Of a DNA stretch of 64,000 nt, positions 29,113 through 37,403 are shown piece after piece. Under the pieces are notes generated by a model. The model had not been told where the DNA came from. It saw only the letters and a program-made list of their open reading frames with translations, and searched no databases. How positions within the stretch are numbered: position 1 is the first letter of the stretch; the number at the start of each line of letters is the position of its first letter. A program made the position numbers and the translations under genes. Source of the DNA: Syntrophales bacterium (GTDB lineage Bacteria; Desulfobacterota; Syntrophia; Syntrophales; UBA2210); the NCBI GenBank assembly GCA_963666365.2, contig CAXXNF010000002.1, positions 1,824,001 to 1,888,000 on the forward strand. The letters are read 5' to 3'.

Positions 29113-30012
29113 TTACTCGATGGACGCTCCTTTACCGAAATTACATTCATTGCAGAGCGTTCGTAGATTATCAATTACCGTCTTTCCGCCTTTTGACCAA
29201 GGAACGATATGATCAACATGTAGCTCAAGGTTTGCTGTATTGGCCGGGCTTCGACCGCATTTTTCACATTTGTAGTTTGATCTCTTTAAAATTTTCCATC
29301 GACGCCCAAGAGGTATATCTCTTCTCTCTGGAACTGGTACTGATTGTTTCCTCTGCTTCGGACCATTAATGGTCGGAGGCGGAGCGGGCTGGTCGGAGTT
29401 TGCATATTCCACAAATGCCTCAAGAGCTTTATTCCACGTACCCCACTTTACAATATATGCTTTTCCACCAACTTTAGACGGCGGTGCTGACATTTCTCGA
29501 TAATATGGCTCCCTACCAAGGGTAGACCACATTAACAAAATATTCTCGTAACACTCTTCTTCTGTATATCGTCGCCCATGTGTTTTTGCTTGGAGTCCTG
29601 CACGCTTTAATGCCGCATTCCATGAGCCGAATCTTCTGCGAACTGTATCTGGACTTATAGTTGAGTGATCTCTGAACTCATTAACTGTTAACGTTTCCTT
29701 TCCAAGCGTTCGCGCAACTTCTATAACTTGTAAAAGCACCTCATCATCCATTGCTTTTGCGCCCTGGCGTTGAGTTTTTTCAGATAATGTTGGCGTATTG
29801 TATAAATGAGGGAATCCGGAAATCGTTAGTGCGTTTTTCCAACTTACGAAGCGTCTACGAACAGTGGTAAGACCTACTTTAGAATGTTTTTGGAACTCTG
29901 CGGTAGAAAGGGTACCGCTTGATACAAGCCTACAAACTCTTTTAATTTCTGCAATTAAATTATCATCCGAATAATCAGAAAGACGTTTTAGTTTAAACGA
30001 AAATTTTTTCAT
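29113..30012 (-). CDS. HNH endonuclease with N-terminal homing-endonuclease-associated repeats
   Basis: Three RRF.SW..AL-like repeats; CEKCG...LHVDHIVPWSKGG...NLRTLCNECN; start inside the cassette boundary GCTCTAAC (30036). Confidence 0.85.
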   Translation of the reverse strand: MKKFSFKLKRLSDYSDDNLIAEIKRVCRLVSSGTLSTAEFQKHSKVGLTTVRRRFVSWKNALTISGFPHLYNTPTLSEKTQRQGAKAMDDEVLLQVIEVARTLGKETLTVNEFRDHSTISPDTVRRRFGSWNAALKRAGLQAKTHGRRYTEEECYENILLMWSTLGREPYYREMSAPPSKVGGKAYIVKWGTWNKALEAFVEYANSDQPAPPPTINGPKQRKQSVPVPERRDIPLGRRWKILKRSNYKCEKCGRSPANTANLELHVDHIVPWSKGGKTVIDNLRTLCNECNFGKGASIE

Positions 30013-30035
30013 AATTGTGCTGTAAAAATTTTTGT

Positions 30036-30163
30036 GCTCTAACGGGGCCGCGGCTGAGCTGCGGTCCGAAGAAAATTGTAATTTTCTGAGGACCGGCAGA
30101 TCAAGCCGCGTGTTCGTCCGCCGCAGGCGGCGGCACGTGGCGACAGTCGCGGCCCCGTTCATC
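30036..30163 (-). repeat. Long attC site containing a sigma70-like promoter (copy D, intact)
   Basis: AACGGGGCCGCGGCTG/CAGTCGCGGCCCCGTT arms; TTGATC (30104-30099) N18 TACAAT (30080-30075). Confidence 0.8.
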
Positions 30164-30188
30164 CCGACCGCTTGCGGTCGGGATGAAC
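30157..30188. repeat. 32-bp palindrome forming the body of a gene-less cassette
   Basis: GTTCATCCCGACCGC-TT-GCGGTCGGGATGAAC between two attC sites. Confidence 0.85.
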
Positions 30189-30245
30189 GGCCAGCATCAG
30201 CGGCGCGGGCGGCAGCCCGCGTCCGCCTGCATGCTGTGGTTAGCC
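30182..30245 (-). repeat. attC site
   Basis: GATGAAC; CAGCAT.CAG.CGG/CCGCCTGCATGCTG stem; GTTAGCC, complementary to GGCTAAC at 31249. Confidence 0.9.
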
Positions 30246-30262
30246 CAATGTGTTTTCATATT

Positions 30263-30541
30263 TTATCTAAATCTCCAGAAGCCTCTTTGACCAGTATAGG
30301 TAATAGTTCCATTCTCTGACTTAAGGAATTGAAGAGCGTTTCTAACAGTATGATTCCATTCAGGCTGATTATTACCTGAGCGACAGTTTTCAGAACAGTA
30401 ATAAGTATCGTCGCAAAGTGCTGGATATTGGGCTTTAACAGCACTGTAAATTTCATAAATGGTTCTGGTGCCTCTAGGAAGAAATGAAAATCTAGAGGTT
30501 ATTAAATTTTGATATAAATCAATCTCTTTTGGACGAGCCAT
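30263..30541 (-). CDS. Small protein, possibly winged-helix (Mrr-N-like)
   Basis: EIY..VK...PEWNHTVRNALQ...RGFW; GGAG RBS. Confidence 0.55.
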   Translation of the reverse strand: MARPKEIDLYQNLITSRFSFLPRGTRTIYEIYSAVKAQYPALCDDTYYCSENCRSGNNQPEWNHTVRNALQFLKSENGTITYTGQRGFWRFR

Positions 30542-30560
30542 ATTTGATCTCCTTGCCTTA

Positions 30561-31232
30561 TTACTGATGATCTCGGATAATACGAGCAATTGTATCCAAA
30601 GCTCTTGTAAGTTGAACTGCGACTCTTTCCCAAGCTACTCTTGCTGCTTTATCTCCTGATGAGTAACCCCACATATTTGACTCACGATGTTCAGCGACAA
30701 TCGGCATCGTAAAAGTAATTGGATTCTGCCCTCGATTATCTTGCACTTCCAAATCAAGCCATGCAGCTCCGTTCCACCAGCCTTCGCCGGAAAATGTACA
30801 CCCAAAAACCGTCTGCTCAGACGATATAGATCCAACAACAGGACCCCATGGGCCAACTGCATTTATCTTTGCTGAATCTACAGAATTTAAAAAATCAACT
30901 GATGACACTAAACGACTTCCAAACGAAGAACCCAGTGTTACAATTCGAATGCGAATAGAAACTCGACCGGCAGGTGTTTTTTGGAAGTAGTCTGTCCATT
31001 CAATAGATGAACCATATAATCGGCTTAGGTCCGTCTGAAGTATTGCTGCTGCATCATTTGGTATTTGCGATGTTCGCCCATCGAATACAGAACCAAGGAT
31101 TGCAGGAGATATTACGAGATGTGTACGCGGAGTTCCAGAAATGATAGGGCAAATCACTCTTTCTGTGGCACACCCATTCAATAATGCTAAGGTAATGAGA
31201 ATTGTTGAAACACAACATGAGATTTTGATCAT
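30561..31232 (-). CDS. Putative lipoprotein
   Basis: Signal peptide with LNGC lipobox; GGAGGAG RBS. Confidence 0.7.
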   Translation of the reverse strand: MIKISCCVSTILITLALLNGCATERVICPIISGTPRTHLVISPAILGSVFDGRTSQIPNDAAAILQTDLSRLYGSSIEWTDYFQKTPAGRVSIRIRIVTLGSSFGSRLVSSVDFLNSVDSAKINAVGPWGPVVGSISSEQTVFGCTFSGEGWWNGAAWLDLEVQDNRGQNPITFTMPIVAEHRESNMWGYSSGDKAARVAWERVAVQLTRALDTIARIIRDHQ

Positions 31233-31252
31233 TGTGTCTCCTCCAGAAGGCT

Positions 31253-31468
31253 AACATTTAAGGTTGTATGCGGAGTTAGCCATAATTCCGCATACAATCC
31301 TGTTGGACTAAGCCGCAACTCGGTGTTTCCCTATGGGGATTCAATAACGCGGCTTCGTCCAACATTTAAGGTTGTATGCGGAGTTAGCCATAATTCCGCA
31401 TACAATCCTGTTGGACTAAGCCGCAACTCGGTGTTTCCCTATGGGGATTCAATAACGCGGCTTCGTCC
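31253..31468. repeat. Exact tandem duplication of a 108-bp unit (attC + short gene-less body)
   Basis: 31253-31360 = 31361-31468; stem TTGTATGCGGA.TTA/TAATTCCGCATACAA. Confidence 0.95.
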
Positions 31469-31680
31469 TATTTTTCCATTAAAATATCGATATGGTCATT
31501 GATTGAATAGCGTTTTTACGAAAAAGCCCGGCAAAAAATGCTCCTTTGTTGCTGTGAGCGCTGTTGATGCTGCCTTCGGTGGCGTGGATGTTGAGACATA
31601 TCTCCGAAAAGGGCGCACAGATCCGACGCAATCTTTTGGTGTTCCGATATTCGACTGCAATCATTGATCAACATCCCTTT

Positions 31681-32865
31681 CTATGGAGGCCACCTACCGG
31701 TTTGTGACAGAAGAACCTCCTTCCGCACCATGATTCCCTTGCCGCAATGGGGGCATATCCGAAGATCAACGCCGGTCACCCGGAGGAATGTCTCTTCCCA
31801 GGGTTCTTTGGGGGAATCATTTTTCTCTGCCTGTTCCGGTATGCCGAGGAGCTTTTTGCACTGAGCAAGCTTTCTCTTTCGGTTTCGGTTGCTCAGCAGT
31901 CCGTAATAGCGGATCTTCATGAACTGATCGGGGAGAATGTGCAGGAGAAAGCGACGGATGAACTCGAAGGCGTCGAGGGTCATGAGCTTGGTTGCGCCTT
32001 CCTTTGACGGATCGCGCACTCGGAAGGTAACATCGTGAGTGCCTATCCTAATAATTCTGTCGTTCGAGATGGCCACACGGTGGGTGTAGCGACCGAGATA
32101 CTCGATGACATGTTTTACGCTTCTGAAAGGTTCCTTGCAGTAGACAACCCACTCTTTGCGATAAAGATCGGCAACGAACTGTCGAAAGATCGCCCGTTCC
32201 TTTAGGGCCTCGATCTTGCCGGGGAATCTCAGATCGGCTGCTTCGTAGGCTTTTTTGAGATAGTGAAGAAACTTACCCCGAAAGAGCCGGGAAAGAACCT
32301 TGACCGGCAGGAAGTAGTCCTCCTTCGCCGGAATCCATCGCTCCCCGTCAAGGGAAAGTCCGCCGCCTGTCACGATGCAGTGAACATGGGGATGATCGAT
32401 CAGGCTCTGCGACCAGGTGTGCAGGATGGCAATGCAGCCGATCTCAGCACCCAGATGACGATGATCGCGGGAAAGATCCATGATGGTCTCGGAGGCGGCC
32501 TTGAAAAGTATGTGGTAGAGGGTCTTCTGGTTCCGCAGGGCCAGCGGTCGAAGTTCCTGGGGAATCGTGAAAACGATATGCACGTAGGAAATGGGCAGCA
32601 AGTCCTTTTTTCTTGCCTCCAGCCACAGCTCTCGCTTCAGTCCCTGGCATTTGGGGCAGTGGCGATTCCGGCAGGAGTTGTAGGAGATCCGAACGGCACC
32701 GCAATGGTCGCATTCATCCACATGTCCGCCAAGCGCGGCGGTCCGGCATAGTTCAATGGCTCGCATCGCCCGGTGGTGTCGTCCGGCCATTCTGCCGCCA
32801 TGGATATCTCGATAGGCCTCCCCAAATTCACGGAAGACCTGGGCCACTTCCGTGGTTCCACGCAT
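31681..32865 (-). CDS. IS91-family (Y2 HUH) transposase with Zn-binding N-terminus
   Basis: CRTAALGG, NSCRNRHCPKC, HPHVH, YLGRY, IRYYG. Confidence 0.95.
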   Translation of the reverse strand: MRGTTEVAQVFREFGEAYRDIHGGRMAGRHHRAMRAIELCRTAALGGHVDECDHCGAVRISYNSCRNRHCPKCQGLKRELWLEARKKDLLPISYVHIVFTIPQELRPLALRNQKTLYHILFKAASETIMDLSRDHRHLGAEIGCIAILHTWSQSLIDHPHVHCIVTGGGLSLDGERWIPAKEDYFLPVKVLSRLFRGKFLHYLKKAYEAADLRFPGKIEALKERAIFRQFVADLYRKEWVVYCKEPFRSVKHVIEYLGRYTHRVAISNDRIIRIGTHDVTFRVRDPSKEGATKLMTLDAFEFIRRFLLHILPDQFMKIRYYGLLSNRNRKRKLAQCKKLLGIPEQAEKNDSPKEPWEETFLRVTGVDLRICPHCGKGIMVRKEVLLSQTGRWPP

Positions 32866-32879
32866 GAAACGGCGACCCG

Positions 32880-33734
32880 CTAAAGAACGCTGTCCCGCGA
32901 GGCGGCGATCACGTCGAGGGGATTGGCGATCCGTTCAAAGTCCTTTCGAGAGAGGTGGAGGTAAACGGCCGTAGTCTTGGGGCTGGCGTGCCCCAGAAGC
33001 CGCTGTATGTGGTACAGGTCCGCCCCGTTCTCCAAGAGATGGGTGGCAAAGCTGTGGCGCAGGGTATGGACGCTCCCCGCTTTCCTAACGCCCGCTCTGA
33101 GCAGCGCATCTTTAAAGGCTTTCTGGACGCTTGACACTGAAAGAGGCGACCACTTGTCTTTGCCGAAGAAGAGCCAGTTCACGGGATGGCACTGCGACCA
33201 GTAAAACCGCAGTTCTTCCAGGGTCCGTTTGGCCAGCAGGGTGTAGCGGTCTTTGTTGCCCTTCCCCTGGCGTATGCGAATCACCATGCGCTCGCTGTCG
33301 ATGTCAGACACTCTCAGGTGCACGGCTTCATTGAGCCGCAATCCTCCCGAGTAGATCGTCATGAGAATGGCCCGATGCTTCAGATTGCCGACGACCGAAA
33401 GAACGGCCCGCACCTCCTCCGGCGAAAAAACCGCAGGTAGGCTCTTTTGTTTCTTCGCACGAGGTATCCGGTAGGAGATCCAGTCGCGCTTCAATGTCGT
33501 CTCATAGAAAAACTTCAGGGCGCTGTAAGTCTGACTCACCGTTGACTGAGAAGCCTTCTTCTCTTCGATGAGATAGTGAAGATAGGTCTTGATCTCTTCT
33601 TCTCCCAACGTCTCCGGCGACGCCCCAAAGTGACGCACAAATCTGCGCATGTGCTCCAGATAGCATTCCCGCGTCCTCCGGCTGAGGTGGCGCAGCTCCA
33701 TATCGCGTTTCATCTGATCGCGCAGTCTTCCCAT
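32880..33734 (-). CDS. Tyrosine recombinase (XerD/IntI-related, without the integron-specific insertion)
   Basis: GLRLNE, GKGNKDR, HTLRHSFATHLLE, LGH, TTAVY. Confidence 0.9.
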   Translation of the reverse strand: MGRLRDQMKRDMELRHLSRRTRECYLEHMRRFVRHFGASPETLGEEEIKTYLHYLIEEKKASQSTVSQTYSALKFFYETTLKRDWISYRIPRAKKQKSLPAVFSPEEVRAVLSVVGNLKHRAILMTIYSGGLRLNEAVHLRVSDIDSERMVIRIRQGKGNKDRYTLLAKRTLEELRFYWSQCHPVNWLFFGKDKWSPLSVSSVQKAFKDALLRAGVRKAGSVHTLRHSFATHLLENGADLYHIQRLLGHASPKTTAVYLHLSRKDFERIANPLDVIAASRDSVL

Positions 33735-33868
33735 ATCTTTTCTCCTTTCTTGCATGAATGATGAATCATCCTTACAAAAAGAAGAACGATCAGGACAGCA
33801 ACAATGTACGCTATTCAATTGTCAAAGAACGACCATTTTTACTTAAAATACCGCCGCGTAGCGGCTTA

Positions 33869-34020
33869 GTTCAACAATGAGTAGATTGTTTCTTCGTATC
33901 AAAATTAGGCAGCAATGTTGCGGGATAAGTACCCGCTCGTTGCGTTGTCATAACTACAATTATTACAGTTAATTGGATCTTTTAACTCATTTAATCTGTG
34001 GTGTTATATTGTTTCCATGT
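33869..34020 (-). promoter_or_regulatory. Putative attI / Pc region
   Basis: AT-rich interval between the intI stop and the first GTTGAAC core; GAAACAAT repeated at 33885-33892 and 34008-34015. Confidence 0.5.
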
Positions 34021-34038
34021 AATACCCTTACACTTTTT

Positions 34039-34127
34039 TTACAAGTCGTCCACGGGGCTTTTCACGCCCTTGCCTCCCCTATTAAGAACGTGGGTATAGA
34101 TCATCGTTGTTTTGACATCTTTATGAC
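34039..34127 (-). pseudogene. intI: Integron integrase C-terminal remnant
   Basis: [26 protein letters not shown] is the characteristic IntI C-terminus; nothing integrase-like upstream. Confidence 0.85.
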
Positions 34128-34442
34128 TTTGTTCTTCTGAAACTCTTGTCATCATACCGGGCACCGCTGAATGGAACATGACGCCGTTTGTTTTCTGATG
34201 TCGTCGAGGTATGTGCGGTTCGGACACCACTATGTTATATGACACACGATATCCCTCTCTACCGGCGAGGGTCCGAACGTTTTGGAAGGTTGTGAATTCA
34301 TTCTATGCCAAATTTGTCTTTTGATTGCAATATATTTATTTTTTTGTAGTATGGTACGCACAATATTTGAAGACGTACTGGAAAGATCGGGAATGAACTC
34401 TCTTCTCCCGCAATAACCGACATCGAAAGGAGCACAATCGCC

Positions 34443-36065
34443 ATGGCCGATTTTTGCACGGCAGACCTGATTTTAAAAAATGGGAACATCGTGACCATGA
34501 ACGCCAATGACGACACCGCCGAAGCGGTTGCCGTCAAGAACGGGCTCATTTTTGCGGTAGGATCGACGGAAGATATTATGTCGCTTGCCGGAAGGGGAAG
34601 CGACATAATCGATCTCGAGGGGAAAACCGTCACGCCGGGCCTCGTGGAAAATCACTGTCACGCCTCCATTGTGGGACTGAATATGTGCTTCGAGGTTGAT
34701 GTTCGGCAGGCTCGTTCCATCGACGAGATTACGGCACTTATAGAAAACAAGGCACGGGAGCTTCCGAAGGGCAGATGGTTGAAGGGATTCGGCTACAACG
34801 ATCAAAGACTGAAGGAGAAGCGCCACCCCTCCCGCAGAGACCTTGACGGGGCGACGATGGATCATCCCGTGTTTCTGGCGCGCACCGACGGCCACCTGGC
34901 CGTGGCGAACAGTGCCGCCTTCGCCCTGGCCGGCATCACAAGGAACAGCGCTGATCCGGAGGGCGGCCGTATCGACAGGGACCCTCACACCAGCGAACCG
35001 ACGGGGGTGCTGAGAGAAACGGCTCAAACGCTCGTGAGAACCCATATTCCCCGCTATACGGTCGCCGACTTCAAGGAGGGGATCATCGCGGCCTGCCGCC
35101 AGCTTGCCGCCTGGGGTGTGACCTCCTTCAATGACGCCGCCGTGGGCCGGGAAGCACTGACGGCCTACCAGGAACTGCTGGCAGAAAACCGCTTGCCCCT
35201 GCGGGTGGGCGTCATGATTCCGGGGTTACCATTGCTGGAACTTCCGGGATATCTGGATTCGTTAAGGTTTCTCGGCATCCGCGCCGGATTCGGAAGCGAC
35301 CGCCTGAAGATTTACGGCACAAAGTTTATGTGTGACGGTTCCATGAGCGGCTGGACGGCCGCCCTGTATGAACCCTATGCCAATGAGCCGAATGAATACG
35401 GCATTACGGTCATACCGAAAGAGGAACTCACCGAAGGCATCGTCGCCGCTCACAAGGCCGGCCTGCGTCCCCTCACCCACGCCATCGGCGACCGCGCCAT
35501 CGACATCGTACTCGACGCCATCGAACTGGCCCTGAAGGAACGACCTGATGCGAATCACCGCATGACCGTCGAGCACTGCAGCCTGCCTACGACCGCGGCA
35601 ATCGACCGGATGAAACGGCTGGGCGTAGTGCCGTCGTCATCGGTCGGGTTTATCTACGAGCTGGGCGCCGCCCATCTGCTGGGCCTGGGAGCGGATCGCA
35701 TCAGGGGCTATTTCCCCCACAAGACCTATCTTGAAAAGGGCATCATCTCCGTGGGAAATTCGGACTGGTTTGTCACTTCCGGCAACATCGCCCAGCAGAT
35801 TTACAGCGCCGTGACTCGCAGAAGTTATACCGGCGAAACTATCGGGATCGAGCAGGCGATTCCCGTAAAAGAGGCGCTGCGTCTGTACACCGCCAACGCC
35901 GCCTACGCCTCCTTCGAGGAACATATCAAGGGTACCATCGAACCGGGAAAGCTGGCCGACATGACGGTGCTGGACCGGGATATTCTCACCATATCGCCGG
36001 AAGAAATCAGGGAGATGCGCCCTGAGATGACCATTGTGGGAGGCACCATCGTCTACCGGAAGTAA
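34443..36065 (+). CDS. Amidohydrolase family 3 (YtcJ-like)
   Basis: ENHCH, RTDGH, K...DGS, HAIGDRA, EH, GTIEPGKLAD. Confidence 0.9.
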   Translation: MADFCTADLILKNGNIVTMNANDDTAEAVAVKNGLIFAVGSTEDIMSLAGRGSDIIDLEGKTVTPGLVENHCHASIVGLNMCFEVDVRQARSIDEITALIENKARELPKGRWLKGFGYNDQRLKEKRHPSRRDLDGATMDHPVFLARTDGHLAVANSAAFALAGITRNSADPEGGRIDRDPHTSEPTGVLRETAQTLVRTHIPRYTVADFKEGIIAACRQLAAWGVTSFNDAAVGREALTAYQELLAENRLPLRVGVMIPGLPLLELPGYLDSLRFLGIRAGFGSDRLKIYGTKFMCDGSMSGWTAALYEPYANEPNEYGITVIPKEELTEGIVAAHKAGLRPLTHAIGDRAIDIVLDAIELALKERPDANHRMTVEHCSLPTTAAIDRMKRLGVVPSSSVGFIYELGAAHLLGLGADRIRGYFPHKTYLEKGIISVGNSDWFVTSGNIAQQIYSAVTRRSYTGETIGIEQAIPVKEALRLYTANAAYASFEEHIKGTIEPGKLADMTVLDRDILTISPEEIREMRPEMTIVGGTIVYRK

Positions 36066-36222
36066 TAGTTCCTGCCTGCGTAACCGTGCACCCAGTGCGA
36101 AACTCATTACGCACTTTTTTGCAATATTTCCCGCAATGGAAGTACGCGGTGAAATCTACCCTCATACCCTAACCCATCGAAATCAAGGAGACCTCCCGAA
36201 ATCTCGGCGCGCCGCGCTTTTC

Positions 36223-36238
36223 TGGCACGCATTCTGCT
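36223..36238 (+). promoter_or_regulatory. sigma54 (-24/-12) promoter
   Basis: TGGCACG-CATT-CTGCT versus consensus TGGCACG-N4-TTGCW, upstream of the fab cluster. Confidence 0.65.
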
Positions 36239-36279
36239 CATATAGAACTGCTGAATGGAGAGCTTTATCACATCTCATA

Positions 36280-36360
36280 GTCATTCCGGGGAAGCGAAGC
36301 GCGACCCGGAATCCAGGAACTATCTAAGAAACCTGGATGCCGGATCGCGTCCGGCATAAC
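36280..36360. repeat. Palindromic REP-like element
   Basis: GTCATTCCGG...CCGGAATCCAG...CTGGATGCCGGATC.CGTCCGGCATAAC nested hairpins. Confidence 0.7.
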
Positions 36361-36401
36361 AACATTGAAGTTAGAGGATTTTTTTAAGCTCTCGAAGCAT
36401 T

Positions 36402-37373
36402 ATGCGCAAGAAAGGTATCTACATGGACTCTCAATCGATCGCCCTTGTCTTTCCCGGGCAGGGATCGCAAAAAACCGGGATGGGCAGGGATTTCTACGAC
36501 GAAAGCGGTATCGGGAAAGCCACCTATCAGGAGGCATCGGAGGCGCTCGGTTTTGATGTGGCGGCACTTTGTTTTGAAGAAGATGAACGCCTCAACCTGA
36601 CCGAATATGCCCAGCCCTGCATCCTTGCAACGGAAATCGCCATGTTCAGGGTCATAGACAATCTGTATGGTCTGCGCCCGGCGCGTTTCGGGGGCCACAG
36701 CCTCGGCGAATACACTGCACTGGTGACGGCAGGCGTTCTGCCCTTCCCGGGCGCTCTGAGAGTCGTGCGGGAACGCGGCCGTCTCATGCAGCAGGCAACC
36801 CCTGTCGGCATGGGGGGCATGGCGGCGTTAATTGCAGACAATCTCGATAAGGAAGAACTTGCGGCAATTCTCAGTGATCTTCCCGTGGATATCGCAAACC
36901 TCAACTCGGCACGGCAGGTGGTCATAAGCGGCGAAACGAAGGGCCTTGCAGAGGCGGAAACTCGCCTCACTGATATACTGGGCGCCAGGGGGGCCTTCCG
37001 CTATGTGCCCCTCACGGTAAGCGCCCCATTTCACAGCCGCTTCATGGAAACGATAAAAGAGCCCTTCCGGACGGTATTGAAGGACATTGAATCGACCATT
37101 CATCCCGAAGGTGCGTCTTCCGTCACCTCGAACTTCAGCGGCGGTTTTCACGAAAACAGCAGCGAAAAAATTATCGACCGGCTCGTTTCGCAGCTTTCCG
37201 GCACCGTCCGGTGGACCGACAACATGCATGCACTGGCCGCCGGAAACGCATCGATTATCGAAATGGGACCGGGCCGCCCCCTGAGGGATTTTTTTAAAAG
37301 CATCGACGTCTCCTGCACATCGGTCACCACTTTTACCGCAGCACGCAGGACTTTTGAAAAGAGTACCACTTAA
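36402..37373 (+). CDS. fabD: Malonyl-CoA:ACP transacylase
   Basis: FPGQGSQ, GHSLGE, SAPFHS; start may be 36423. Confidence 0.9.
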   Translation: MRKKGIYMDSQSIALVFPGQGSQKTGMGRDFYDESGIGKATYQEASEALGFDVAALCFEEDERLNLTEYAQPCILATEIAMFRVIDNLYGLRPARFGGHSLGEYTALVTAGVLPFPGALRVVRERGRLMQQATPVGMGGMAALIADNLDKEELAAILSDLPVDIANLNSARQVVISGETKGLAEAETRLTDILGARGAFRYVPLTVSAPFHSRFMETIKEPFRTVLKDIESTIHPEGASSVTSNFSGGFHENSSEKIIDRLVSQLSGTVRWTDNMHALAAGNASIIEMGPGRPLRDFFKSIDVSCTSVTTFTAARRTFEKSTT

Positions 37374-37403
37374 TACAATCTGAGTTTTAAGGAAGGAATC
37401 ATA

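Larger units (their letters stand above)
31410..33875 (-). mobile_element. IS91-family element with upstream tyrosine recombinase
   Basis: Two-gene module bounded by GTTGGACTAAGCCGC (31410-31424) and GCGGCTTAGTTCAAC (33861-33875). Confidence 0.75.
1..34127 (-). mobile_element. Integron cassette array with remnant intI (CALIN-like); left end extends beyond the window or is unresolved
   Basis: Co-oriented - strand genes separated by attC-like hairpins with complementary cassette ends; intI C-terminal remnant at 34039-34127. Confidence 0.85.

Noticed and set aside
30013..30162. N-terminal extension of the HNH ORF given by the ORF track (similar cases at 14106-14195 and 26649-26684)
   Set aside because: These extensions run through or up to attC sites; downstream starts inside the cassettes are more plausible
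22928..31468. CRISPR array interpretation of the recurring hairpins
   Set aside because: Repeats differ in sequence and length, are separated by whole genes, carry attC core sites, and no cas genes are present
32880..33734. Calling this tyrosine recombinase the integron integrase
   Set aside because: It lacks the IntI-specific insertion and the TTMIYTHV C-terminus and is coupled to an IS91 transposase; the true intI remnant is at 34039-34127
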